Both the position numbers and the translations under genes were made by a program. From assembly GCA_002385465.1 (NCBI GenBank), contig DGDN01000111.1, positions 12,601 to 70,951 on the forward strand: a stretch of 58,351 nt of DNA, given 5' to 3'. The stretch comes from Candidatus Fermentithermobacillaceae bacterium UBA3951 (lineage in GTDB: Bacteria; Bacillota; Sulfobacillia; Fermentithermobacillales; Fermentithermobacillaceae). This document shows positions 27,375 to 36,510 of this stretch, in pieces. The notes beneath the pieces were generated by a model. The model did no database searches, had not been told where the DNA came from, and was given only the letters and a program-made list of their open reading frames with translations. Every line of letters begins with the position of its first letter. The stretch's first letter is position 1.

Positions 27375-28092
27375 CGGTGTCAAGATCGAACAACGCTCCT
27401 TGTTCGATTCCTTAAGCGATCTACGGGTGCCCCAGGGACAAGCATCCCTTTTCCCGCCCGCCGAAGAGAAAGCCGGGAAAGCGGTGGAAGTGCCTAAGCC
27501 GAGCCGGGATAACGAGTGGCTGGGCATCACCGACCTTGGAGAGCTAAGAAAACATGTGGTCCTGTGTCGCTCGTGCCCGTTAAGGGACGGGGCCAGAGGG
27601 GTGGTTTTTGGCGAAGGAAATCCCCGCGCCGACATAATGTTTATCGGTGAAGGACCCGGAAGGACCGAGGACGAAACCGGCCGGCCTTTTGTCGGGCGCG
27701 CAGGGCAGCTTCTAGAGTATGCCCTCAAGTCCATCGGGCTTTCGCGCGGGGAAGTGTTCATAGCCAACATAGTGAAGTGCAGGCCGCCGGATAACAGGCT
27801 GCCGCTTCCACCCGAGGTCCAGGCGTGCCTTCCTCACTTAAGGGCCCAGATGCGGATCATAAATCCGAAGATTGTAGTGCTCCTGGGGGCACTATCCAGC
27901 CAGACTCTGGTCAATCCGTCCATAAGGGTTACGAGGGACCGCGGGAAGTGGTTCACCAAGGAAGGGGTAGAATACCTGGTGACGTTCCATCCCGCTGCAG
28001 TACTAAGGGACGAAGCAAACAAGAAAAAAGAGTTCATGGCGGACATGATTAGTCTCAAGGAGAAGCGGGACAAGATCCAAAGTGGTAGATGA
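27364..28092 (+). CDS. udg: Family-4 uracil-DNA glycosylase (Fe-S type)
   Basis: CRSCPL, GEGPGRTEDETGRPFVGRAGQLL (motif A) and FHPAAVLR (motif B). Confidence 0.88.
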   Translation: MLSDGVKIEQRSLFDSLSDLRVPQGQASLFPPAEEKAGKAVEVPKPSRDNEWLGITDLGELRKHVVLCRSCPLRDGARGVVFGEGNPRADIMFIGEGPGRTEDETGRPFVGRAGQLLEYALKSIGLSRGEVFIANIVKCRPPDNRLPLPPEVQACLPHLRAQMRIINPKIVVLLGALSSQTLVNPSIRVTRDRGKWFTKEGVEYLVTFHPAAVLRDEANKKKEFMADMISLKEKRDKIQSGR

Positions 28093-28558
28093 CCGTGGGA
28101 CGACTATCCGTATAGAAAGCCGGGGACCGGACGATACCAGGAAGATCGGCAAGGCCATTGGCAGTCGATTGAGGGGCGGGGAGGTAATCCTTCTCAAGGG
28201 GACCTTGGGAGCAGGCAAGACCACCCTAGTCCAGGGTATCGCCCGGGGGCTCGGCATTGAGGGCCCTGTACAGAGTCCCAGCTTCGTGCTTGAAAGGATC
28301 CACAGGGGAAGGCTGGAACTCAGGCACCTCGACCTCTATCGCCTCACGGGAGCCGAGGCCCTGGAAGCCGGGCTCCTTTCAGAGATGGGAGAGAGCGACG
28401 TTACGGTGATAGAGTGGGCGGAAAGGGCAGAAGGCCTGATCCGGGCGGATCTTGAGGTGCGGATTGAAAAGACTCGCGAAGACCAGGGCCGCAGCATAAT
28501 CATAGAAGCGAGAAATCCTGCGTTGAAGTCTCTTCTAGAGGTACAAGGCACATGTTAG
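28082..28558 (+). CDS. tsaE: tRNA t6A37 biosynthesis ATPase TsaE
   Basis: P-loop LKGTLGAGKTTLVQGIARGLG at TsaE-typical size. GTG start overlaps the UDG stop. Confidence 0.88.
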   Translation: MVDDRGTTIRIESRGPDDTRKIGKAIGSRLRGGEVILLKGTLGAGKTTLVQGIARGLGIEGPVQSPSFVLERIHRGRLELRHLDLYRLTGAEALEAGLLSEMGESDVTVIEWAERAEGLIRADLEVRIEKTREDQGRSIIIEARNPALKSLLEVQGTC

Positions 28559-29310
28559 ACGGCGAGATAGCCATCCTGGCGATAGAGACTACCACCTCGC
28601 TCATGGGTGCAGCCGTGGTGGTCGGAGAAGAAGTGGTCTCAGAAGGTTTTGTCGATAAGCCCAAGGTCCATTCGTATAAGCTCCTTCCTATGTGCGATTG
28701 GGTGCTCTCTAAGGCTAGACTGGACCCCCGGCTCTTGAGCGCAGTTGCAGTTTCGATCGGTCCGGGGTCGTTTACGGGGCTCCGGATCGGGTGCGCCACG
28801 GCTCAAGGCCTTGCTCATGCATGGGGAAAGAGAGTGGTGCCGGTCCCCACATTCTCGGTTCTTGTGGAGCAAGCGCGAAAAGAAACCCAAGGGATCTCCC
28901 CCGTTCCCAACATAGCCGCGGTTCAGGGCAGGGCAAGGGCTCAGACGGTTACCGCCCTCTACTCACATGAGGGGACCGAGCTGGTACCCCCAGAGGGAAG
29001 GTCTTTGGAGGAGTTTGCCCTGGAGATCAAGGTATTTGCCCCCGATCCTGTCATTGCGGTAGGAGACGCATGCGATCTCCTTGTGGATCATGTTAAGTCG
29101 GAGAACACAGGTGGGCAGGCTGAGGCTCAAGTAGCCACGGCCGGAGAACGCACACGCCTGCCGCTTCCGGGCACGGTTGGCCTGTTGGCGGTAGGTATGT
29201 GGAAAAAGGGTCTGTCGGTAGAGCCCAAGGCAGCGATCCCGGTATATTACCGGAAACACCAGGCCGAAGTGAAGATGGCGAGGAAGAGGACGAATGAGAG
29301 GCGAGACTGA
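28552..29310 (+). CDS. tsaB: tRNA t6A37 biosynthesis protein TsaB
   Basis: ILAIETTTSLMGAAVV and IGPGSFTGLRIG motifs. Confidence 0.88.
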   Translation: MLDGEIAILAIETTTSLMGAAVVVGEEVVSEGFVDKPKVHSYKLLPMCDWVLSKARLDPRLLSAVAVSIGPGSFTGLRIGCATAQGLAHAWGKRVVPVPTFSVLVEQARKETQGISPVPNIAAVQGRARAQTVTALYSHEGTELVPPEGRSLEEFALEIKVFAPDPVIAVGDACDLLVDHVKSENTGGQAEAQVATAGERTRLPLPGTVGLLAVGMWKKGLSVEPKAAIPVYYRKHQAEVKMARKRTNERRD

Positions 29311-29823
29311 ATGAAGACCGAAGGCTTTAACCTTAGAGACATAAAGCTTGAACCGATGACCCTCAAAGATTTGGACCGTGTGCTCCAGATAGAGTCCCGT
29401 TCTTACCAGCACCCGTGGTCTAGGCGGGCATTTGTTTCTGAGGTTACGGACAACAGCTACGCCTATTACTACGTTGCGCGGCTAGGTGACGTGATTGTAG
29501 GTTACGTCGGGATGTGGATTATTTTGGAAGAGGCTCACATAACAAACATAGCGGTCGACCCGGATTACAGGCGTCTGGGTATCGGCCGCTATATGTTGGA
29601 GACCATGTTCGATAGAGCGCGCGAGCACGGCGCCACGCGCATGACGCTGGAAGTAAGGGTCTCCAACGTGACAGCTCAGAACCTATACAAGAAACTGGGT
29701 TTCGCGGAAAGGGGTATCCGGAAGGGGTACTACACAGACACCCACGAGGATGCCATAGTCATGTGGAAAGAAGACTTAGGCCCCCAGAAACCTAAGGCGG
29801 GCCGGGTTAAGTGGATGGTGTAG
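29311..29823 (+). CDS. rimI: Ribosomal-protein-alanine N-acetyltransferase (GNAT)
   Basis: GNAT acetyl-CoA motif RRLGIGRYML, in the canonical position after tsaB. Confidence 0.85.
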   Translation: MKTEGFNLRDIKLEPMTLKDLDRVLQIESRSYQHPWSRRAFVSEVTDNSYAYYYVARLGDVIVGYVGMWIILEEAHITNIAVDPDYRRLGIGRYMLETMFDRAREHGATRMTLEVRVSNVTAQNLYKKLGFAERGIRKGYYTDTHEDAIVMWKEDLGPQKPKAGRVKWMV

Positions 29824-30724
29824 GTTTGGCGACGTTGTTGAGGTCTTTCTGGGCTTTCCGCGCCGCGTCGTAGATCGCTCTCCGTATCGCATCTTTGTCT
29901 ATCCCTTCATCCAGCGCTTCATAGGCGTAATCGATGCTCCTCGACGCATTCACGATTGCTCCAGCGCCGTCCGGGCGGAAAGCATGTCTTACGTCGTGAG
30001 CCGTACCTCCTTGGGCCCCGTAGCCCGGGACGAGGAGGTACGAAGATGACAAGACCTCCCGCAGCGCTTTGAGTTCGGAAGGGTAAGTAGCCCCAACCAC
30101 GGCCCCTACATGGGAATACCCGCATCGTCCGATGTTGGCGGCGCCGAGATCGGTCACTGCGCGCGCAACTTTTGTGTAGAGCCTCTCTCCGCTTTCCTCG
30201 AGGATTTGGTCCTGGAAAGCGCCTGAGCCGGGATTGGAGGTCTTGACCAGGACGAAGAGCCCGGAGCCTGCCTTGGCTGCGGCTCTTGCGAAAGGTTCCA
30301 AGGTGTCGGGGCCCAAGTATGGGTTCACGGTGAGGGCGTCGGCGAAGAAGTCCGAATCGGGGTCGAGGAACGCTTTGGCATAGGCTGCCGCAGTGCTGCC
30401 GATATCGCCGCGTTTGGCATCCATGATCACTGGGATACCCTTTGTCCTGGCGGCTTTGAGGCACGCAGAAAGGACTGCGATGCCGGTGAGACCCATGCTT
30501 TCGAAGAACGCCGCTTGGGGTTTTACGGCGCAGGCAGTCTCCTCTGCCGTCTCGATAAGGATCGCGCAGAACTCAATGAGCAGCTTCTCAGGCGTAAAAT
30601 GAGGGTAAGCTCTTGCGAAGGGCGACGATTCCCCAAAAAGCCTCTCCGGATACGGGTCAATACCGATCACCAGGCGGGAATCTATCTTGGAGATCCTCTC
30701 GTGCAGCTTGTCAGCAAAATGCAT
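29807..30724 (-). CDS. pyrF: Orotidine-5'-phosphate decarboxylase, type 2
   Basis: KPQAAFFE, DAKRGDIGST, TVNPYLG and LVPGYGAQGG motifs. ATG at 30724 is preceded by GGAGG; the ORF-track start at 30832 is an unsupported extension. Confidence 0.88.
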   Translation of the reverse strand: MHFADKLHERISKIDSRLVIGIDPYPERLFGESSPFARAYPHFTPEKLLIEFCAILIETAEETACAVKPQAAFFESMGLTGIAVLSACLKAARTKGIPVIMDAKRGDIGSTAAAYAKAFLDPDSDFFADALTVNPYLGPDTLEPFARAAAKAGSGLFVLVKTSNPGSGAFQDQILEESGERLYTKVARAVTDLGAANIGRCGYSHVGAVVGATYPSELKALREVLSSSYLLVPGYGAQGGTAHDVRHAFRPDGAGAIVNASRSIDYAYEALDEGIDKDAIRRAIYDAARKAQKDLNNVAKPTPST

Positions 30725-30934
30725 AAGCTTTTCCTCCCCTGAGTCCCGAAACGGTGAGCTCCCGCTACCAAGTCTCTCACGCTTACGGCGAGCCGTAAAG
30801 GAGGGGTAGACATTATGTGTCCGGAGAGACAAGGTGCCTCTCCAAACCAGATTTGCCTTCTCCCGGAGCCGCAGTGTACTTTAGTAGGTGAATTCACACG
30901 CCAAGTCACAAGAAGAGGCGCTCGAGGTGGTTTC

Positions 30935-31939
30935 TTGAAGATCCTGGGCATTGATACCTCATGTGACGATACTTCCTGTGCCGTCGTTCTCAATGGGCGC
31001 AAGGTACTTTCCAGCATCGTCTCCTCTCAGGTGGACCTCCACGAAAGGTTCGGAGGTGTTGTCCCCGAGATAGCTTCGCGCAAGCATATGGAGATGATGA
31101 TCCCTGTTGTTGAGGAATGCCTGGCGCAAGCGTCTTTGGCTCTTTCAGACTTGGACGGGATCGCGGTGACTTATGGCCCTGGCCTTCTGGGATCGCTATT
31201 GGTGGGGGTGAGCTACTCTAAGAGCCTGGCCTACGGTTTGGGACTCCCTCTTGCGGGAGTCCACCACCTGGAAGGGCATATATCGGCCAATTTCTTGAGA
31301 GACGACCCGCCTCCTTTTCCGCTCCTCAACCTGGTTGTGTCGGGGGGCCATTCCGACCTGATCCTCATGCGTGACCACGGGGACTATTCGGTGCTGGGCG
31401 AGACGCTCGACGATGCTGCAGGCGAGGTCTTCGATAAAGTGGCCAGGGAGCTCGGGCTTCCTTACCCCGGCGGCCCGCACCTAGACAAGGTAGCAGACCT
31501 CGGCGACGAAGACGAGGTGAGGTTCACCCATCCCAAGATCCAAGGGAACCGGTTCGATTTCAGCTTCAGCGGCACAAAGACGAGGGCCCTTCAGGAGTTC
31601 GAAAAGCGCGGGGCATCGCCTGAGACCGTGAGAAACATCGCCGCGGGGCTCAGAAAAGCTATTGTGAGGGACCTCCTATACAACGTCCCGGAAGTTATGA
31701 GACTGACGGGTGCCCGTGCGTTTGCGGTTTCAGGCGGCGTGGCAGCCAACAGCCTGCTCCGAAAAGAGGCGGAGGAGCTTTCCGGCCGGTTGGGTGTGCC
31801 TCTCTACATCCCGCCCAAGGAGTACTGCACCGATAACGGCGCCATGATCGCATCTGCGGGGTACTTCCGGCTCATGGCCGGGAAGGTCTCGGGACCGGAC
31901 CTGAGCGCAGAGGCAAGTCTCCCACTCACTTCATGGTAA
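30935..31939 (+). CDS. tsaD: tRNA N6-adenosine threonylcarbamoyltransferase TsaD
   Basis: LKILGIDTSCDDTSCAVV N-terminus and VHHLEGH metal motif. TTG 30935 is preceded by GAGGTGG; the ORF-track ATG at 30815 adds 40 atypical residues. Confidence 0.9.
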   Translation: MKILGIDTSCDDTSCAVVLNGRKVLSSIVSSQVDLHERFGGVVPEIASRKHMEMMIPVVEECLAQASLALSDLDGIAVTYGPGLLGSLLVGVSYSKSLAYGLGLPLAGVHHLEGHISANFLRDDPPPFPLLNLVVSGGHSDLILMRDHGDYSVLGETLDDAAGEVFDKVARELGLPYPGGPHLDKVADLGDEDEVRFTHPKIQGNRFDFSFSGTKTRALQEFEKRGASPETVRNIAAGLRKAIVRDLLYNVPEVMRLTGARAFAVSGGVAANSLLRKEAEELSGRLGVPLYIPPKEYCTDNGAMIASAGYFRLMAGKVSGPDLSAEASLPLTSW

Positions 31940-31956
31940 GGAAGGTTGTTTTCTAG

Positions 31957-33306
31957 TTGAGCCGGAGTAGATTGGTTAAAAGCGACACCCCATCCATCGA
32001 GGCCCTCCTCTATGAGGCCCAGAAGCGGGGGATCCTGCCCATCACTTCAGAGTGCACCGCCAGTTGCGCCTTTTGTTCCAACAAGTACAACCCGCCGTCA
32101 TGCGAGGTGCTCAATATAGGGAGGCGCAGCCTGGAGGAGATCAAAGAGACGCTTCCATGGCTTCAAGCGGCTCCGGGGCCCATCGTCATAGGTGAATCGG
32201 TGACTAGGATCAACGAAGGGGAACCCCTTTGTCATCCTGACTTCCTTGAAGTAGTGCGGCTCGTAAGAGAAACCTATCCGGGCCGCGCCATCAAAGTGAC
32301 CACCAACGGCATGTTGCTTACCCCTGAGGTGGTGAGCTACCTGTCCGAGGCGGGAGTGACGCTCACCGTGTCCTTGAACAGCGTGTCGAAACGAGACCTG
32401 ATTATGGGCGACCGTGACCCGGAAAAAACCCTTGCGGCCATCGCTTCCTTGAAAGGCAATGTGGAGTTCGACGGCAGCATAGTAGCACTCCCGTTCCTTA
32501 CGGGGCCTCTCGATATCCGAGAGTCCGTGAGGTTCCTCAAAGAGTCGGGAGCCACCACCGTGAGGCTCCTCTTGCCGGGGTTTTCCGGGCGCCACCCCCT
32601 CTATAAAGCGATGCCGAAGGATACGTGGAAAGAGGTCCGGGATATGGCTGCCGAGCTGGCCGCACGTGTGAAGATACCCGTTCTCGCAGATCCGCCGGAG
32701 CTAAATGATCTCGATGCAAGGGTGGAGTATGTCCTCCCGAATTCGCCTGCGGCAAAGGCCGGGATACGCGCCGGAGACCTTATAGTGAAGGTTTCGGGAA
32801 AAGATGTCTTCTCAAGGAAGGACGCTTTCCAGAGGGCCTACGAGAGGGAAAACCCTGTGGTCACCGTCTTTAGAGAGGGCCTCATTGAATACAGGCTTCC
32901 CAAGAAGAGGGCATCGTCTCCTGGGTTCATAATGTACGAGGACCTGGACGCCCGGGATTACCTTAACTGGGAGCGCGTTTCCGGAGTGGCCAAGGGGCGG
33001 GATGTCCTTGTACTTACGTCGAAGCCCGCAAAGAAGCTCCTTGAGGCAGCCCTTAGAAGGCGGGGCCTGGAAGCACGCACCGTTGCCGTCCGCTCCTACT
33101 TCTTTGGGGGCAACATAGGCGTCGCGGGCCTCCTTACGGTTAGGGATTTCCTTGCGGCCTACCGGAGGGCAGCTCGGAAAAGCGGTGAACCTTACCTGGT
33201 TACCCTCCCTGCGCGCGCGTTCGATCCTTGGGGCCGCGACCTTGAGGGCGTTCACTATCGCGTCTTCTCTCAAGAGACCGGAGTACCTGTAATACTGGCG
33301 GGCTAA
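31957..33306 (+). CDS. Radical SAM protein with internal PDZ and C-terminal DUF512-like domain
   Basis: CTASCAFC (CX3CX2C) near the N-terminus. PDZ-like LPNSPAAKAGIRAGDLIVKVSGKDV at about aa 260-290. DUF512-like FFGGNIGVAGLLTVRDF near the C-terminus. Confidence 0.75.
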   Translation: MSRSRLVKSDTPSIEALLYEAQKRGILPITSECTASCAFCSNKYNPPSCEVLNIGRRSLEEIKETLPWLQAAPGPIVIGESVTRINEGEPLCHPDFLEVVRLVRETYPGRAIKVTTNGMLLTPEVVSYLSEAGVTLTVSLNSVSKRDLIMGDRDPEKTLAAIASLKGNVEFDGSIVALPFLTGPLDIRESVRFLKESGATTVRLLLPGFSGRHPLYKAMPKDTWKEVRDMAAELAARVKIPVLADPPELNDLDARVEYVLPNSPAAKAGIRAGDLIVKVSGKDVFSRKDAFQRAYERENPVVTVFREGLIEYRLPKKRASSPGFIMYEDLDARDYLNWERVSGVAKGRDVLVLTSKPAKKLLEAALRRRGLEARTVAVRSYFFGGNIGVAGLLTVRDFLAAYRRAARKSGEPYLVTLPARAFDPWGRDLEGVHYRVFSQETGVPVILAG

Positions 33307-33358
33307 GCCGATTACCACGATTCTCCAAATCTGAGCCTCATGGCAGGACTATTTCGAG

Positions 33359-34486
33359 ATGCCAAAGAATAGTTCACGGCGTCTCAAAAAACGTTCTCTT
33401 GTATTGGAGGTGTCAGATCTGAGCTTTTGCGCGAAAGAGTTTCTCAAGAAGGCGTCGATGGCCCACGGGGTTTCAGGCTACGAGTTCATGAACCAGAAAG
33501 CCGTGGTCGAGGAGGCCATGAAGGGGCTCGTCGACGAGATTCGCAGTGACACTTTCGGTAATGTCATCGGCTACAGGAAGGGCGAGGGCGAAGGCGAGAG
33601 GCCCAAGATCATGCTGGCAGGCCACATGGACGAGATCGGCCTCATGGTCACCAAGATCGAGGAACGAGGTTTCCTGCGGTTCACCCAGGTGGGTGGGGTA
33701 GACCCGCGTATCTTGCCGGGGCACGAAGTGATCGTTTACGGAAAGCGGCCGCTAACCGGCCTTATAGGAGTGAAGCCGCCCCATCTTACTCCGCGGGAAG
33801 AGGCCAATAAGGCCGTGAAGATGTGGGACCTGGCCATTGACCTCGGACTTCCCGAGGAAGAGGTAAGAGAGCTGGTCTCCGTCGGAGACGTTGTCACTTT
33901 CAAGCGACAGGTAACGGAGCTCATGGGAGACGTCCTGTCCGGGAAGGCCATGGATGACCGGGCAGGTGTGGCTGTAATTTTGGTGGCCCTGGACAATCTG
34001 GCCAAGTACAGAGTACAGGCGGATGTGTTTGCGATCGCTACGACCCAGGAAGAGGTAGGCCTCAAGGGCGCCATCGTATCGGCCTATGGGATCCGGCCTG
34101 ATATCGGGATCGCCATAGACGTCTGCCACGGCGAGACGCCCGGGGTGCCCGAATGGCGGACTTCTTCTTTGGGCAAGGGTCCGGCCATAGCGCAAGGGGC
34201 GAACATACATCCCAAGGTCTACGAGGGGCTACAGAAGGCCGCTAAAGAACTGGGGATTTCCACTCAGCCCGAGCCTGCCCCGGCCGCCACAGGCACAGAC
34301 GCTTGGGGTATTCAGATAACCGCCGAGGGTGTCGCAACCGGACTTATCTCGATCCCCTTGCGGTATATGCACACTTCGGTGGAGACCTTGTCTGTCGGTG
34401 ATGTGGAGAAAGCAGGACGGCTTCTGGCGGCGTTCATCGCCTCCGTCGACGGCCGTTTTGTGAAGGAGTTGACAATATGGAACTGA
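33359..34486 (+). CDS. M42 (TET/FrvX/YsdC-type) aminopeptidase, copy 1
   Basis: GHMDEIGLMV, MDDRAGVAV, TQEEVGLKGA and RYMHTSVE metal/catalytic motifs. The start is uncertain: an alternative is TTG 33404 or GTG 33410, at or next to TGGAGGTG. Confidence 0.85.
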   Translation: MPKNSSRRLKKRSLVLEVSDLSFCAKEFLKKASMAHGVSGYEFMNQKAVVEEAMKGLVDEIRSDTFGNVIGYRKGEGEGERPKIMLAGHMDEIGLMVTKIEERGFLRFTQVGGVDPRILPGHEVIVYGKRPLTGLIGVKPPHLTPREEANKAVKMWDLAIDLGLPEEEVRELVSVGDVVTFKRQVTELMGDVLSGKAMDDRAGVAVILVALDNLAKYRVQADVFAIATTQEEVGLKGAIVSAYGIRPDIGIAIDVCHGETPGVPEWRTSSLGKGPAIAQGANIHPKVYEGLQKAAKELGISTQPEPAPAATGTDAWGIQITAEGVATGLISIPLRYMHTSVETLSVGDVEKAGRLLAAFIASVDGRFVKELTIWN

Positions 34487-35493
34487 AGGAGCTTACCTCT
34501 TTGGCAGGCGTGTCCGGCGGCGAAACCGAAGTCAGGAGCGCCATTATGAAAGAACTCGAAGCCATGGGAGTGCCTTTTGAAACCGATGTGCTGGGGAATG
34601 TGATCGCCAAGAAAGGCGACTCAGGGCCAAAAGTCCTGGTAGACGCTCACATGGACGAAGTAGGGTTCATGATAGTCCACATCGAGAAAAACGGTTTCCT
34701 CCGCTTCCGGGCTATAGGCATTCCTCCGTCGGTCATGGTCTCCAAGCGCGTGCTCATAGGAAAAGACAAGGTACCCGGCGTCATAGGCGCCAAGGCGATT
34801 CACCTCCAGGAGCCGAGAGAGCGTGAGTCGATTATCCCCGCCGAACAGCTCTTCATCGATATCGGGGCCAAGTCAAAAGAAGAGGCCGTAAAGAAAGTGA
34901 AGGTTGGCGACTACGCAGTATTTGATACCGAGTTTGAGGAGCTTTATCCCGGTATCGTGAAGGCCAAGGCTCTCGATGACAGGATTGGCTGCGCCATCCT
35001 CCTCGATATCCTCAAAGAAGAGTGGACCGGTATCCGGCTTCATGCCGTGTTCGCTGTCCAAGAGGAGATCGGCACCCGGGGCGCCAGGGTCGCTGCTTAC
35101 CGGGTTGCACCGGACATGGGCATCGCCCTTGAGGGCACTGTGTGCGCCGACATCCCTCTGGCCGACAAGGACGCATACGCCACCAAGATCGGTCACGGCG
35201 CGGCCGTCTCGATAATGGACAGGGGCTCCATACCGTCCAGGGCAATGGTCGCCCAGATCATGAAACTTGCAAAGGAGCACAACATCCCGGTCCAGTACAG
35301 GGAAGCGACATCGGGCGGAAATGACGCGGGAGCGATCCAGGCGGCTCAAGCGGGGTGCCCCGTAGCGTCCATCTCGGTGCCTTGCAGGTACATACATACC
35401 CCATTTGCCCTTGCTTCCCTGGCGGACATGAAGGCTGCCAGAGATATCCTGGTCCTATTCCTTAGGAGTGTTGAAGGAGGTTTTAGACCGTGA
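34477..35493 (+). CDS. M42 aminopeptidase, copy 2
   Basis: AHMDEVGFMI, LDDRIGCAI, VQEEIGTRGA and RYIHTPFA. Overlaps copy 1 by 10 nt, with an AAGGAG RBS. Confidence 0.88.
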   Translation: MELKELTSLAGVSGGETEVRSAIMKELEAMGVPFETDVLGNVIAKKGDSGPKVLVDAHMDEVGFMIVHIEKNGFLRFRAIGIPPSVMVSKRVLIGKDKVPGVIGAKAIHLQEPRERESIIPAEQLFIDIGAKSKEEAVKKVKVGDYAVFDTEFEELYPGIVKAKALDDRIGCAILLDILKEEWTGIRLHAVFAVQEEIGTRGARVAAYRVAPDMGIALEGTVCADIPLADKDAYATKIGHGAAVSIMDRGSIPSRAMVAQIMKLAKEHNIPVQYREATSGGNDAGAIQAAQAGCPVASISVPCRYIHTPFALASLADMKAARDILVLFLRSVEGGFRP

Positions 35494-36485
35494 AGGATCT
35501 CATAAAAAAGGTCACTGAGGCTTTCGGGCCGTCGGGGGCCGAAGACTCAGTCCGGGAAGTAATACGGAAGGAAATAGAGCCCTACGTCCATGAGATCAGA
35601 GTGGACGCCCTCGGGAACTTGATCGCCCTCAAGAAGGGTAAAGGCGGCGGCAAGAAAGTGATCCTTGACGGGCACATGGATGAAATCGGGCTCATGGTCA
35701 CCCACATAGACGACAAAGGGTTCCTCCGCTTCGGGAACATCGGGGGAGTAAACCCCTTCGTGGCCCTCGGCCAGAGGGTCTACTTCGAGAACGGGACCAT
35801 GGGCGTCATCGGCTCTGAGAGAGTGGACGACCCCAAAGACCTGAAGCTCGAGAAACTCTTCATAGATATCGGCGCAAAGAGCAAAGAGGAAGCCGCCAAA
35901 AAGGTGAGCGTGGGAGACAGCTGCGCCTTCTACCAGCCTTTTGTTGACTTAGGAGACAGGGTTGTGGCCAAGGCGATGGACGATCGTGTGGCTTGCGCCG
36001 TCATCATAGAGGTCCTTAAGAGGCTTGAGGATACGCCCAACGACATCTACGCCGTCTTCGCGACTCAAGAAGAGGTTGGCCTAAGAGGAGCGCGGGCGGC
36101 GGCATACGGCATTACGCCCGACGTAGGCATAGCCCTGGATGTGACCAGGACCGGAGATACTCCCAAGGCCAGGACGATGGAGGTTTCCCTCGGCGGCGGG
36201 GCCGCTATCAAGGTGAAAGACTCCAGCGTGATCGCCCATCCGGCTTTCAAGAACTACATGGTGAAGGTCGCCAAGGAGAAGGGGATCAAGTACCAGATGG
36301 AGGTGCTTGAGGCGGGCGGCACCGACACTGCCGCGATACAGATGACGAAGGCGGGCATTCCTGCCGGGTGCATCTCCATCCCGTGCCGCTACATCCACAG
36401 CCCCTGCGAGATGGTCGACATGGGCGATGTGGAAGCGTGCGTCCTCTTGGCTAAAGCCCTCTGCGAAAGCCCACTTGAGTTCTAA
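35490..36485 (+). CDS. M42 aminopeptidase, copy 3
   Basis: GHMDEIGLMV, MDDRVACAV, TQEEVGLRGA and RYIHSPCE. GTGA overlap with copy 2, with a GAAGGAGG RBS. Confidence 0.88.
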   Translation: MKDLIKKVTEAFGPSGAEDSVREVIRKEIEPYVHEIRVDALGNLIALKKGKGGGKKVILDGHMDEIGLMVTHIDDKGFLRFGNIGGVNPFVALGQRVYFENGTMGVIGSERVDDPKDLKLEKLFIDIGAKSKEEAAKKVSVGDSCAFYQPFVDLGDRVVAKAMDDRVACAVIIEVLKRLEDTPNDIYAVFATQEEVGLRGARAAAYGITPDVGIALDVTRTGDTPKARTMEVSLGGGAAIKVKDSSVIAHPAFKNYMVKVAKEKGIKYQMEVLEAGGTDTAAIQMTKAGIPAGCISIPCRYIHSPCEMVDMGDVEACVLLAKALCESPLEF

Positions 36486-36510
36486 AGTAACTTTTGGGAG
36501 GGAGCCGTAG

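Noticed and set aside
33341-33356. Sigma-54-like element TGGCAGGACTATTTCG upstream of the first M42 gene
   Set aside because: The GG is correct and the spacing is canonical, but the invariant -12 GC reads TC. It would also require the M42 gene to start at 33404 or 33410 rather than 33359. It is too weak to call without a PWM score or TSS data.
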